Assembly: GCA_000166095.1 (NCBI GenBank) | Contig: CP002278.1 | Span: 210,001 to 242,000, forward strand | Source of the DNA: Methanothermus fervidus DSM 2088 | Lineage (GTDB): Archaea; Methanobacteriota; Methanobacteria; DSM-2088; Methanothermaceae | Direction: 5' to 3' | DNA length: 32,000 nt | Shown: piece by piece, positions 8,619 through 16,866 of the stretch | Layout: the number at the start of each line of letters is the position of its first letter | How positions within the stretch are numbered: the first letter of the stretch is position 1 | Translations under genes and position numbers: made by a program | Notes under the pieces: model-generated | The model's database searches: none | Told to the model about the DNA's origin: nothing | Seen by the model: the letters and a program-made list of their open reading frames with translations, nothing else

Positions 8619-8980
8619 ACTTCTCCACAAAGTCCCTTCTTTATAGAGAAGACTTGTTTGAAAAATTATCTCTTTATATGAAATAATCCTGAAAGGCTAT
8701 CAAAGTTGTCTCTTCCATCCTTTAGAATCTTACATGCTAATATAATCTCTTAACTTATTTTCATAGCTTATCCTTTTGACGTTGGATTTACTTTCCTGAA
8801 TACGGGGCTTTTCCAGCTTGTATTAGTAAGTGTAGAAATTTATCCCAAGCATCCAATGTTTGGGCAAAATTATGCTTTCTTAAAAGTTATATTTATTGAA
8901 TAACTATTATATTCAACTCATCTCCACGCTTCGCTAAAAACTTCTTGCCAATAGAATTAAAAATTAATGAGGTGGAAGTA

Positions 8981-9349
8981 GTGAAATCACAATATAAAAA
9001 TTTAGTTGAAATATATAATAATTTAGAAAATAAAGCAACTACAATGGCACTAATAGAGGGTATAATAATTTGCATTATGAGTTTAAGCATAACACAGTTA
9101 ATGAAGCTTTCAAACTTTGTATTTCTTCTCATACTTCCTCTAATTTTTTTAAGTTCATCTGAAATTTATAGTATTAAGTCAATGTTTTTACAAATCAATG
9201 AAGAAGACAATGAAATTAAAAAATTTCAGGAGAAAATAACATTGAAAAGAAAATATGTGAATAAGGCCATAAAATTTTTTATTCTTGGATTGTTTACATA
9301 TATCATAATCTTTATTTTTTTATTTTTTGAAGTTAAATTTAAATATTAG
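8981..9349 (+). CDS. Small hypothetical membrane protein (3 predicted TM helices)
   Basis: The ORF track begins at the TTG at 8945. The in-frame GTG at 8981 has GAGGTGG 5 nt upstream and is the more plausible start. I recognise no family. Confidence 0.45.
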   Translation: MKSQYKNLVEIYNNLENKATTMALIEGIIICIMSLSITQLMKLSNFVFLLILPLIFLSSSEIYSIKSMFLQINEEDNEIKKFQEKITLKRKYVNKAIKFFILGLFTYIIIFIFLFFEVKFKY

Positions 9350-9453
9350 TATCGATAAAGCATGTAAAGATATCAGGACACGTATTTTTGAGGTTTTAGA
9401 TAAATCTAAAATTTTATCATGAATCCTATAATTAGGAAAAAAAGGTGTTGAAC

Positions 9454-9852
9454 ATGGCAATATGGCAAGGTAGATCTAGAAGGAAACCTACTGGTGGAAG
9501 ATTAAAAATGCACAGAAAAAAAAGGAAGCATGAATTAGGCAGAGAACCCATCATGACAAAAATTGGTGAAAGAAAAATTAAAATTGTAAGGACAAGAGGT
9601 GGAAATAAAAAAGTGAAGGTTGCTGCAGACAAAAAGATAAATGTGGCTGACCCAAAAACAAATGAAGTTAAGCCAGCAAAAATAATAAGTGTTGTTGAAA
9701 ATCCTGCAAATCCACATTTAGTAAGAAGAAACATAATAACTAAAGGTGCCATTGTAGAAACTGATCTTGGTAAAGTAAGAGTAACATCACGTCCAGGTCA
9801 GGATGGCGTTATAAATGGGGTTTTAATTGAGGAGAAAAAAGAGAATGGCTAA
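9454..9852 (+). CDS. rps8e: 30S ribosomal protein S8e
   Basis: [32 protein letters not shown]...[10 protein letters not shown]...[22 protein letters not shown] is the classic S8e sequence. I prefer the ATG at 9454 over the GTG at 9445 in the track. Confidence 0.95.
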   Translation: MAIWQGRSRRKPTGGRLKMHRKKRKHELGREPIMTKIGERKIKIVRTRGGNKKVKVAADKKINVADPKTNEVKPAKIISVVENPANPHLVRRNIITKGAIVETDLGKVRVTSRPGQDGVINGVLIEEKKENG

Positions 9853-9876
9853 TAACTATATCTCAAATTTAATTTT

Positions 9877-10548
9877 TTGGAAGTGTTGATTTTGGAAAAG
9901 GAAATAATATTAAAACGTGTGAATGAATTTTTAGATCATATAAATAAAAAATTACCTGAAAGTATGGAATTAGAGTTTGAGGGATACTACAAAAGAGGTT
10001 TTTTTGTAACAAAAAAGAGATATGCATTAATAGAAGATGATAAGATCATCGTTAAAGGTTTAGAATTTGTTAGGCGTGATTGGGCACCTATAGCTAAGAA
10101 AACCCAAGAGAAAGTTTTATATACTATATTAAAGGAAGGATCTCCAAAAAAAGCTGAAAAAATTATAAGAAAAGTGATTAAAGACATAAAAGAAGGAAAT
10201 TTAAATTTGGAAGATCTTGTCATACATACACAAATAACAAAAAAATTGGATGAATATAAACAAATAGGACCTCATGTGATTGCAGCAAAAAAAGCTTTAA
10301 GAAGAGGAAGAAGAATAGATCCCGGAGCAATCATCAGATATATAATAGTTAAAGGATCAAGGCCAATCAGTGAAAGAGCAGAACCCATTGAAGATGTTTC
10401 GCTAGAAGATTATGATCCTCAATACTATATTGAGCACCAAGTTTTACCAGCAGTTTCAAGAATAATGAAAGCATTAGGATATTCTGATGAAGATTTAAAA
10501 AGTATTATATATGGTGAAAGGCAGGCAAGTTTAGATTCTTTCCTATAA
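9877..10548 (+). CDS. polB2: DNA polymerase B, separately encoded C-terminal (thumb) subunit
   Basis: [48 protein letters not shown]...[10 protein letters not shown]...[15 protein letters not shown] aligns with the region of Pfu-type PolB just after motif C (KKRY motif and thumb). The 223-aa length equals what I recall for the Methanothermobacter small PolB subunit. Confidence 0.9.
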   Translation: MEVLILEKEIILKRVNEFLDHINKKLPESMELEFEGYYKRGFFVTKKRYALIEDDKIIVKGLEFVRRDWAPIAKKTQEKVLYTILKEGSPKKAEKIIRKVIKDIKEGNLNLEDLVIHTQITKKLDEYKQIGPHVIAAKKALRRGRRIDPGAIIRYIIVKGSRPISERAEPIEDVSLEDYDPQYYIEHQVLPAVSRIMKALGYSDEDLKSIIYGERQASLDSFL

Positions 10549-10560
10549 AAAATAGTCTTG

Positions 10561-11256
10561 ATGAAAATGTATAAGACAGTATTTTTTGATATAGATGATA
10601 CACTCTATAATACTTCTGAATTTGCTGAATTAGCACGTAAGGCAGCATTAGACGCCATGATAGAGGCAGGATTGCCTTTATCTCGTTCTAAAGCCTATAA
10701 GTTGCTCAGAGATATTATAAAAGAAAAAGGTTCTAATTATGGAAAACATTTCAATTTATTGACTAAAAGAGTCTTAGGTAAAGAAGATCCGCTATTGATA
10801 GCTTTAGCTGTTATAACATACCACAATGTTAAATTTGCACATCTAAAACCATTTCCAGAAACAATACCTACTTTATTGTATCTGAAATGTAAAGGATATA
10901 AAATAGGTGTGATATCAAATGGATTAACAATAAAACAATGGGAAAAATTGATTAGATTAGGTATTCATCATTTCTTCGATGTGGTAGTTACATCAGAAGA
11001 AGTTGGAGTAGAAAAACCAGAACCTGGTATATTTAAGGAAGCCTTAAAAAGAATAAAATCAAAAGCTGAAGAAGCAGTGATGGTAGGGGATAAACTTAAA
11101 GAAGATATTTTAGGCGCTGTCAAAGTTGGAATGTCTGCAGTGTTAATAGGTGATATATCTGAAAAAGAAAAAGAATATTTAAAAAAATTAGAAAATAAAA
11201 CAAATAAGAAAATATATGTAATCTCAAAATTAGATGAATTAAAAGAGATTTTATGA
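10561..11256 (+). CDS. HAD-superfamily (subfamily IA) phosphatase/hydrolase
   Basis: FFDIDDTLYNT is motif I (DxDxT). GVISNG is motif II. VGDKLKEDILGA is motif IV. The start is ambiguous among TTG 10558, ATG 10561 and ATG 10567. Confidence 0.85.
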   Translation: MKMYKTVFFDIDDTLYNTSEFAELARKAALDAMIEAGLPLSRSKAYKLLRDIIKEKGSNYGKHFNLLTKRVLGKEDPLLIALAVITYHNVKFAHLKPFPETIPTLLYLKCKGYKIGVISNGLTIKQWEKLIRLGIHHFFDVVVTSEEVGVEKPEPGIFKEALKRIKSKAEEAVMVGDKLKEDILGAVKVGMSAVLIGDISEKEKEYLKKLENKTNKKIYVISKLDELKEIL

Positions 11257-11278
11257 ATTTTCTAAATTTGGTGATTAT

Positions 11279-12832
11279 ATGGAATATAATTACTATCATG
11301 ATGAACTCATGGTTGAATTATTTGAAATTTTAAAACAGCCAAAAGACCTTGATAGTTTGGATCTTTCAGACACATTTGTTGAAAATCTTGTTTTAAAAAT
11401 AATTTCAATGCATGGTACTATTAGAACAAGTAAAATAAAGGAGATAACAGGATTACATTTAGATATATTGGAAGAAGTTTTGCATGAGTTAGAGAGAAGA
11501 GAATTATGTGCACAAGTTAAAGGTGGGTTTTTATTTTCAAGTGTTGATTATACGATTACTAAAAAAGGAAGAGAATTTGCCGAAAGAATAATGAAAGAAA
11601 ATCCATACATAGGGATGGCACCTGTTTCATATGATAGATATTACAAAGTGATGGAGGCTCAATTAAAGGGTAGATTTCCAATTGAGATTCCAGAAGAAGT
11701 TATAGAGGAAGCATTTAAAGGAGTTGTTGGAGCTGAACATGCTAAAGAAGCACTAGTAGATTCATGTACATCTGGTAGAGGTGTGTTTATTTATGGACCA
11801 CCAGGTACTGGTAAAACATTTCTTACAAGTAAAATGTCTAAATTGCTCCCACCAATAATAATACCTAAATATGTGGAGTTTGGAGGACAAGTTGTTGAAT
11901 TATATGATCCTGATTTCCATGTATTGTGTAAAGAACAGCCAGAAGATCCTCGGTGGGTTAAAATATATGCACCTTTTGTGTTTACAGGTGCTGAGTTAAG
12001 TTTAGAGAAATTAGATACAAATTACAACCATAATAAGGGCGTTTATGAATCTTCACCCATTATAAAAGCAAATGGTGGTGTTTTATTAATAGATGATTTA
12101 GGAAGACAAAGGGATGACCATGAAGTAATACTTAATAGACTTATAGTACCTATGGAGAACAAAATAGATACTGTCTATATAAGAGGAGTACCTGTAAGTT
12201 TTTATTCACATTTCATACCAGTTTTTTCAACAAATTTAGACATAAGTATAATGGACGAAGCTCACTTGAGGAGAGCACCAATTCATGTATTTTTAGGTCC
12301 TCCATCAACAGATGAAATCGCAAAAGTATTCAAAAACAATTTAGATAAATTAGGAGAATTATATACAGATGAAGCAATAGAAAGATTCACAAAAACATAT
12401 AAACCAACTGATGAAGGCGGTGAAGGATTAGAACCAACTTTTGCTCATGCAAGAGATATAGCTGAAATAGCACAAGCAGTGAGAATAAGATTAGGTAAAG
12501 AATATATTGATGAAGAAGTAGTTGAGGAAGCATTGAATAGACATGTGTTAATAACTCTACAGAGGAAAAATATAGATATAACTGCAGAAGGTAAAATAAG
12601 GACATATAGAATAGAAACTTCAGAGATAGAAAAAACAAAAGAAATATTGTTAAAAGAAGGTGCTTTACAAGTTTCTACAGAATCAAATTCTGTAATTGTA
12701 GACGTTGATAATACAGTGACACCCTCACAAATCCTAAAAGTTCTTGAAAATAATGGAATAATACCTAATAAAGTAGAAATAATAGGTGAAACTGATCGAG
12801 AACTAAGAAAATTTGTTTTAACAGAGGGATAG
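11279..12832 (+). CDS. AAA+ ATPase with an N-terminal winged-helix-like domain and a small C-terminal alpha/beta domain, function unknown
   Basis: Walker A is GVFIYGPPGTGKTFL. Walker B is GGVLLIDDLGRQ. Sensor-1-like FSTN and Arg-finger-like HLRRAP are present. SD GGTGA lies 4 nt before the ATG. Confidence 0.8.
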   Translation: MEYNYYHDELMVELFEILKQPKDLDSLDLSDTFVENLVLKIISMHGTIRTSKIKEITGLHLDILEEVLHELERRELCAQVKGGFLFSSVDYTITKKGREFAERIMKENPYIGMAPVSYDRYYKVMEAQLKGRFPIEIPEEVIEEAFKGVVGAEHAKEALVDSCTSGRGVFIYGPPGTGKTFLTSKMSKLLPPIIIPKYVEFGGQVVELYDPDFHVLCKEQPEDPRWVKIYAPFVFTGAELSLEKLDTNYNHNKGVYESSPIIKANGGVLLIDDLGRQRDDHEVILNRLIVPMENKIDTVYIRGVPVSFYSHFIPVFSTNLDISIMDEAHLRRAPIHVFLGPPSTDEIAKVFKNNLDKLGELYTDEAIERFTKTYKPTDEGGEGLEPTFAHARDIAEIAQAVRIRLGKEYIDEEVVEEALNRHVLITLQRKNIDITAEGKIRTYRIETSEIEKTKEILLKEGALQVSTESNSVIVDVDNTVTPSQILKVLENNGIIPNKVEIIGETDRELRKFVLTEG

Positions 12833-12839
12833 TTGAAAG

Positions 12840-13352
12840 CTATACTAACTCAGCTTTAGCTTTTTTAAATGCATTGTACAATTCATCATCATAGGCTACA
12901 AGTATTATTTTAATCTTTTTCCCCTTTCTTTCTAAAAATTTTTTCATTACTTCAATCATTGATTTAGCAGCTTTTTCTTTTGGTAAACCACCAACTCCAG
13001 TACCCATACCGGGGAAAGCAACAGATGATACTTTTAATCTTAATGCTTCTTCTAAGGCAGCAGATGTCGCCTTTTTTATAGTTTCTATATCTGTAGGTTG
13101 GGAAGGTTTTTTCATCGTTGGTGCATGTATGACATATCTTGCTTTTAATTTTCCAGCAGTTGTAGATATTGCATCGCCAATATCTATAGGGGCTTTAGAC
13201 ATTGCTTCCTTTTCTATTTCTTTTCCTCCACGATTTTTTATTGCTAATGCTACACCGCCACCCATTTTTCCATATGAATTCGCAGGATTTACGATTGCAT
13301 CTGCCTTAACTTCCGTAATATCTCCTTTTATAATTTCTATTTTATCTTTCAA
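12840..13352 (-). CDS. Macro-domain protein (AF1521-like ADP-ribose binding / ADP-ribose-1''-phosphatase or deacylase type)
   Basis: IIKGDITEVKADAIVNPANSYGKMGGGVALAI...YVIHAPTM...VAFPGMGTGVGG is the canonical macro domain. The ORF track extends to the TTG at 13421. I prefer the in-frame TTG at 13352, which has GGAGGAT 6 nt upstream and leaves room for divergent promoters. Confidence 0.85.
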   Translation of the reverse strand: MKDKIEIIKGDITEVKADAIVNPANSYGKMGGGVALAIKNRGGKEIEKEAMSKAPIDIGDAISTTAGKLKARYVIHAPTMKKPSQPTDIETIKKATSAALEEALRLKVSSVAFPGMGTGVGGLPKEKAAKSMIEVMKKFLERKGKKIKIILVAYDDELYNAFKKAKAELV

Positions 13353-13420
13353 GTGTTTATCCTCCACACTTTTTAATAATTTATTTAACTTTTTTGTTAA
13401 AATAAAATTATTCAAACACA

Positions 13421-13433
13421 ATGTATATATATG
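13421..13433 (+). promoter_or_regulatory. Candidate TATA box for slgA
   Basis: TGTATATATATGA lies about 55-65 nt upstream of the GTG start, followed by a leader carrying GGAGGTGA (13476..13483). Confidence 0.35.
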
Positions 13434-13488
13434 AAAGAAACTTTGTATTTCTAATGTACATTAATTAATATCAAAGGAGGTGAAATTA

Positions 13489-15270
13489 GTGAGAAAATTT
13501 ACATTGCTGATGTTACTGTTGATAGTAATTTCAATGAGTGGAATTGCAGGAGCTGCAGAAGTAAAGAATCTAAACACGAGCAAAACATTCACTAAAATTC
13601 AGGAGGCTATTGATGATCCAAGTACAACAGATGGCAATATAATAATCGTTGGTCCAGGTAATTATACAGAAAATATACTAGTAAATAAGTCTCTAACTTT
13701 GAAATCTAATGGAAGTGCAATAATTAATGCTGTAAGTTCTGAAAAATCTACCATAACAATAAAAGCAAACAATGTGTGGATTGAAGGATTTATAATTATT
13801 GGAGGAAAAAATGGAATTTACATGGAAAATGTTACTGGTTGTACAATAACTAACAATACAATACAAAATGCCTTTGTCAGTGGGTGGGAATACTATGGAG
13901 GAAATGGAATTTGCTTAGTAAATTCCACAAACAACACTATAACTAATAATATCATCAGAAATAACACATGGAATGGCATTAACGTTTGTGAGTCCAAAGG
14001 AAACATTATTAAAAACAATACAATAATGTATAGTGGAGGAATAGGAATTTACGTTTGGGGATTTAACAAATTCGAAGGAAACAATATAATTGAAAATAAT
14101 AGAATTATAAATGCAACCTATGGAGGTATATATCTATTTAGACCCTCAAATAACAAAATTTGTAGGAACTATATTGCAAATGTCAGCAGTGGTGGAGGAG
14201 GAATGTCAGGTGCCATTTGCATAGATGTATCAGATTACAACATTGTCAAAGACAACATTGGTATTAATTGTGATGGAGGATTATTTACAGATGGAATGAT
14301 AGGCAATGAGATAACCAATAATATATTCAAAAATTGTAAAGTAGCAGTGAGTGAAAGTACTTATGGTCCAGCATCTAGGAACAATAAAATATATGGAAAT
14401 TACTTTATTAACTACGAAACTGCAATATCTGATCCAAAAGGAGAATTAGTTGATAATATCTGGAATACAACTGAAGGTGGCAATTATTGGTCAAATTACA
14501 CAGGAAATAATACAGGAGATGGAACTGGTAACATCCCATACTACTATGACAATAAACCATTAGTTGTCGATTTAGCAATTGAAGATATTGCAGCAAAGCC
14601 ATCAGGAATAGAAGTACGTGTTAAAAATTTAGGAAAGGCAGATATCAAAAAAATAGACCCATTAACTAAACTCAAAATAAAAATAAGTTGTGATAATGAT
14701 GTATATGAAACATTTATAGATCCACTTTCTGCAGGAGAATCACAAATTGTAAGATGGGACAAAATTGTTCCAGAAGGAAATCATACAATAAAAGCTGAAA
14801 TTCCATACAGTGCTGAAGGTTATTTAATAGGAACAAATATCAGAGATGCAGACATCAGTAACAATGTATTCTCAAAAATTGTGCAAGGTTTTGTTCAAAA
14901 CAAAACCTTCACAATAACCCTAACAAACTTAGGAAAATCAACAATAACCATAAAATATTACATCTCAATCTACACAAATCCAGTTAATGGAACTAAAGTC
15001 AGCTATAGAGAATTAACAATAACTCTAAAGCCAAATGAAACAAAAACAATAGAGTTAGGTAAATATCCATTTAAATATGCAGTATCTGGAACAATGATTG
15101 TCAAAAATCCATCAAGATATAGAATTCCATTAAATCTAAGAATAAAATATGAAATTGAGGGATTGAATCCACAGATGAGGGAGATAAGTAAATACATAGC
15201 TCCAAGGGGAGAATTTAGGTATATAGCTAGATATACAGGGAAAGAAGAAGGATATGCTGATGTTTGGTGA
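13489..15270 (+). CDS. slgA: S-layer glycoprotein precursor
   Basis: The GTG at 13489 lies 5 nt after the perfect SD GGAGGTGA. The track start at 13480 falls inside the SD. This start gives 593 aa with the 22-aa leader [23 protein letters not shown] count 19 N-X-S/T sequons plus one N-P-S. NNTI/NNII repeats are typical of a right-handed beta-helix. Length, leader and sequon count match my recollection of the published Methanothermus fervidus SlgA. Confidence 0.9.
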   Translation: MRKFTLLMLLLIVISMSGIAGAAEVKNLNTSKTFTKIQEAIDDPSTTDGNIIIVGPGNYTENILVNKSLTLKSNGSAIINAVSSEKSTITIKANNVWIEGFIIIGGKNGIYMENVTGCTITNNTIQNAFVSGWEYYGGNGICLVNSTNNTITNNIIRNNTWNGINVCESKGNIIKNNTIMYSGGIGIYVWGFNKFEGNNIIENNRIINATYGGIYLFRPSNNKICRNYIANVSSGGGGMSGAICIDVSDYNIVKDNIGINCDGGLFTDGMIGNEITNNIFKNCKVAVSESTYGPASRNNKIYGNYFINYETAISDPKGELVDNIWNTTEGGNYWSNYTGNNTGDGTGNIPYYYDNKPLVVDLAIEDIAAKPSGIEVRVKNLGKADIKKIDPLTKLKIKISCDNDVYETFIDPLSAGESQIVRWDKIVPEGNHTIKAEIPYSAEGYLIGTNIRDADISNNVFSKIVQGFVQNKTFTITLTNLGKSTITIKYYISIYTNPVNGTKVSYRELTITLKPNETKTIELGKYPFKYAVSGTMIVKNPSRYRIPLNLRIKYEIEGLNPQMREISKYIAPRGEFRYIARYTGKEEGYADVW

Positions 15271-15296
15271 TTCTTTTTTTATTTTTTTTATTTTTT
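15271..15296 (+). terminator. Oligo-T terminator region after slgA
   Basis: TTCTTTTTTTATTTTTTTTATTTTTT follows the stop codon directly, with T7, T8 and T6 runs. Archaeal RNA polymerase terminates at oligo-T tracts. Confidence 0.5.
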
Positions 15297-16431
15297 AAGA
15301 ATTTACAACATAAATTTTTTCAATTTTTTCTACCACTTGGTCCCATGTAAACATTTTTTCAACCTTTTTACGTCCATTTTTGCCCATTCCTTTAGCTATT
15401 TTTTTGTTTTTCAATAAAAATTTTAGCTTTTCACATAATTCAGAAATATTTTGTTTATTGACTAAAAACCCATTGATGCCATCGTCAATTACTTCAGTTA
15501 CGCCTCCTGACTTATATGCTATCACTGGTTTATAACATGCGTTAGCTTCCACAAGAACCATTCCAAAACCTTCTCTTGTTGAAGGCAAAACTAAAACTTC
15601 TGACTTTTTTATTTCTTTAATTACGTCGCTGTAATCATCTATTTTCCCAAAAAATTTAACTTTATCTTCTATGCTCAATTTTTTTACTAAATTTTTCAAA
15701 TTTTTTGATACCACTCCATCGCCTATTATTTTTAATTTTACATCAGGTATTTCATTTACAAGTAATTTAACAGCTTTTATTAATTCATCAACATGTTTAT
15801 GTGGAATTAATCTTCCAACAAATATTATTGAATTTTTATCAATGCCATTACATTCTACTGAATCTATTAATTTTAAATCAACACCATTATAGACAACATG
15901 AATTTTATTGTTAGGAATACCATATTTTCTATTTAAAATTCTTTTTACAGCATTGCTCACTGTTATAATTTTCTTAAATGGCAGTTTGTATAAAATTTTT
16001 TCAAAAAAATTAGCAATGCTACCATAATATATCCATTGTTCCTTATTTTTTTCTTCTGCTACATCATGAATGGTACCTATCACATTTTTTTGTATTTTCA
16101 AAATATAAGCTAAAGATGCAGGAATTAATGGGATGAATGCTTGAGCATCCACAACATCATATTTATGGGTTGTTAACCATTTAAATACAGAAATTATAAA
16201 TCTTAAAAAATCTAATGGAGACCTATAAGGAGGGTTATTTATTGTTGGTCCTAAATGATACACATTTATTCCATCAATATTCTCATATTCAGGAACATTG
16301 CTAATTTTCATACATAGGACATCAACTTCATGACCTCTTCTTACAAGACGTTTTGCTATTTCATAAAGCCTTCTTTCTCCTCCACCTTGATAATGAGGAA
16401 TGAAAAAATCTATAATATAACATATTTTCAT
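15295..16431 (-). CDS. Glycosyltransferase family 4 (GT-B fold)
   Basis: The N-terminus HYQGGGERRLYEIAKRL and the C-terminal motif LPSTREGFGMVLVEANACYKPVIA (EX7E) identify the family. SD GGTGA lies 4 nt before the ATG. The gene is convergent with slgA. Confidence 0.85.
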   Translation of the reverse strand: MKICYIIDFFIPHYQGGGERRLYEIAKRLVRRGHEVDVLCMKISNVPEYENIDGINVYHLGPTINNPPYRSPLDFLRFIISVFKWLTTHKYDVVDAQAFIPLIPASLAYILKIQKNVIGTIHDVAEEKNKEQWIYYGSIANFFEKILYKLPFKKIITVSNAVKRILNRKYGIPNNKIHVVYNGVDLKLIDSVECNGIDKNSIIFVGRLIPHKHVDELIKAVKLLVNEIPDVKLKIIGDGVVSKNLKNLVKKLSIEDKVKFFGKIDDYSDVIKEIKKSEVLVLPSTREGFGMVLVEANACYKPVIAYKSGGVTEVIDDGINGFLVNKQNISELCEKLKFLLKNKKIAKGMGKNGRKKVEKMFTWDQVVEKIEKIYVVNS

Positions 16432-16488
16432 CTTTTCACCCCATTTTAAAAAATTTAGGTAAGATAAATATGAAATTAATTATTAGAA

Positions 16489-16539
16489 TCAGAGCTCAGT
16501 CTCTTCATCATTTTTGTCAGCCCACGGCGCCTTCATCAT
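16489..16539 (-). ncRNA. Box C/D sRNA, downstream unit
   Basis: The minus strand reads AUGAUGA (C, 16539..16533), AGGCGCCGUGGG (12 nt), CUGA (D', 16520..16517), CAAAA, AUGAUGA (C', 16511..16505), AGAGACUGAGCU (12 nt), CUGA (D, 16492..16489). Both guides have the canonical 12-nt length. Confidence 0.6.
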
Positions 16540-16597
16540 CAGAAATGTGAGTTCTTCATCATAGGCAATGTCAGCACCCGCGCCCTTTCATCATCAA
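16539..16597 (-). ncRNA. Box C/D sRNA, upstream unit
   Basis: The minus strand reads AUGAUGA (C, 16594..16588), AAGGGCGCGGGUG (13 nt), CUGA (D', 16574..16571), CAUUGCCU, AUGAUGA (C', 16562..16556), AGAACUCACAUUU (13 nt), CUGA (D, 16542..16539). Box order and spacing fit archaeal C/D guide RNAs. The D' guide is a GC-rich island in AT-rich DNA. Confidence 0.55.
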
Positions 16598-16605
16598 TAA
16601 AATTT

Positions 16606-16776
16606 TTATTTTTTTAATTTTAAAAGTGTAAAAATAGCTAAAATTCCTACAATTATTATACTTATTGCAGCAAAACGAAATGATATCCTTCTTGACCTCC
16701 AGAAATATGCTATTATTATCAATGTAGCAATGGCAATGATTTTCAGAAAAATTTTTAATTGGATGTTCATTTTCAT
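16606..16776 (-). CDS. Small hypothetical two-TM membrane protein (54-56 aa)
   Basis: Too short for the ORF track. Translation is ATG AAA ATG AAC... = M K M N I Q L K I F L K I I A I A T L I I I A Y F W R S R R I S F R F A A I S I I I V G I L A I F T L L K L K K stop. GGAGAC sits directly before the first ATG and 8 nt before the second ATG at 16770. It has two hydrophobic helices with a basic loop. Confidence 0.35.
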   Translation of the reverse strand: MKMNIQLKIFLKIIAIATLIIIAYFWRSRRISFRFAAISIIIVGILAIFTLLKLKK

Positions 16777-16866
16777 GTCTCCTAAAAACTTAATTATATT
16801 TTTAGACTAAATTTTTAAATAATATACTCTTTAAATTTTTGATAATCTACTTTTTGAGGGAAAGAT

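Noticed and set aside
8893-9132. 79-aa minus-strand ORF overlapping the small membrane gene.
   Set aside because: It has no SD and an odd composition, and it mostly mirrors the plus-strand ORF 8981..9349. Only its 3' tail enters the ORF-free gap, which I discuss separately.
9877-10548. The polB fragment as a truncated pseudogene or an intein-disrupted gene.
   Set aside because: The ORF is intact, begins precisely after motif C, and contains no intein blocks. It matches the known two-subunit PolB organisation of Methanobacteriales.
11279-13421. The AAA+ ATPase plus macro-domain protein as a possible defence or ADP-ribosylation system.
   Set aside because: The genes are convergent rather than co-oriented. 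No nuclease, toxin, sirtuin or ART partner is present. They are flanked by housekeeping genes. Proximity alone is insufficient.
13480-13488. The ORF-track start (GTG 13480) for the S-layer gene, giving 596 aa.
   Set aside because: That GTG is part of the SD GGAGGTGA itself. The GTG at 13489 has the correct 5-nt spacing and gives the 593-aa precursor with a 22-aa leader.
16489-16597. Four copies of TCATCAT separated by GC-rich segments looked at first like a miniature CRISPR or tandem-repeat array.
   Set aside because: The repeat is only 7 nt long. The spacers are 12-13 nt, each followed by the complement of CUGA. This fits box C/D sRNA architecture on the minus strand, not a CRISPR array. 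No cas genes are nearby.
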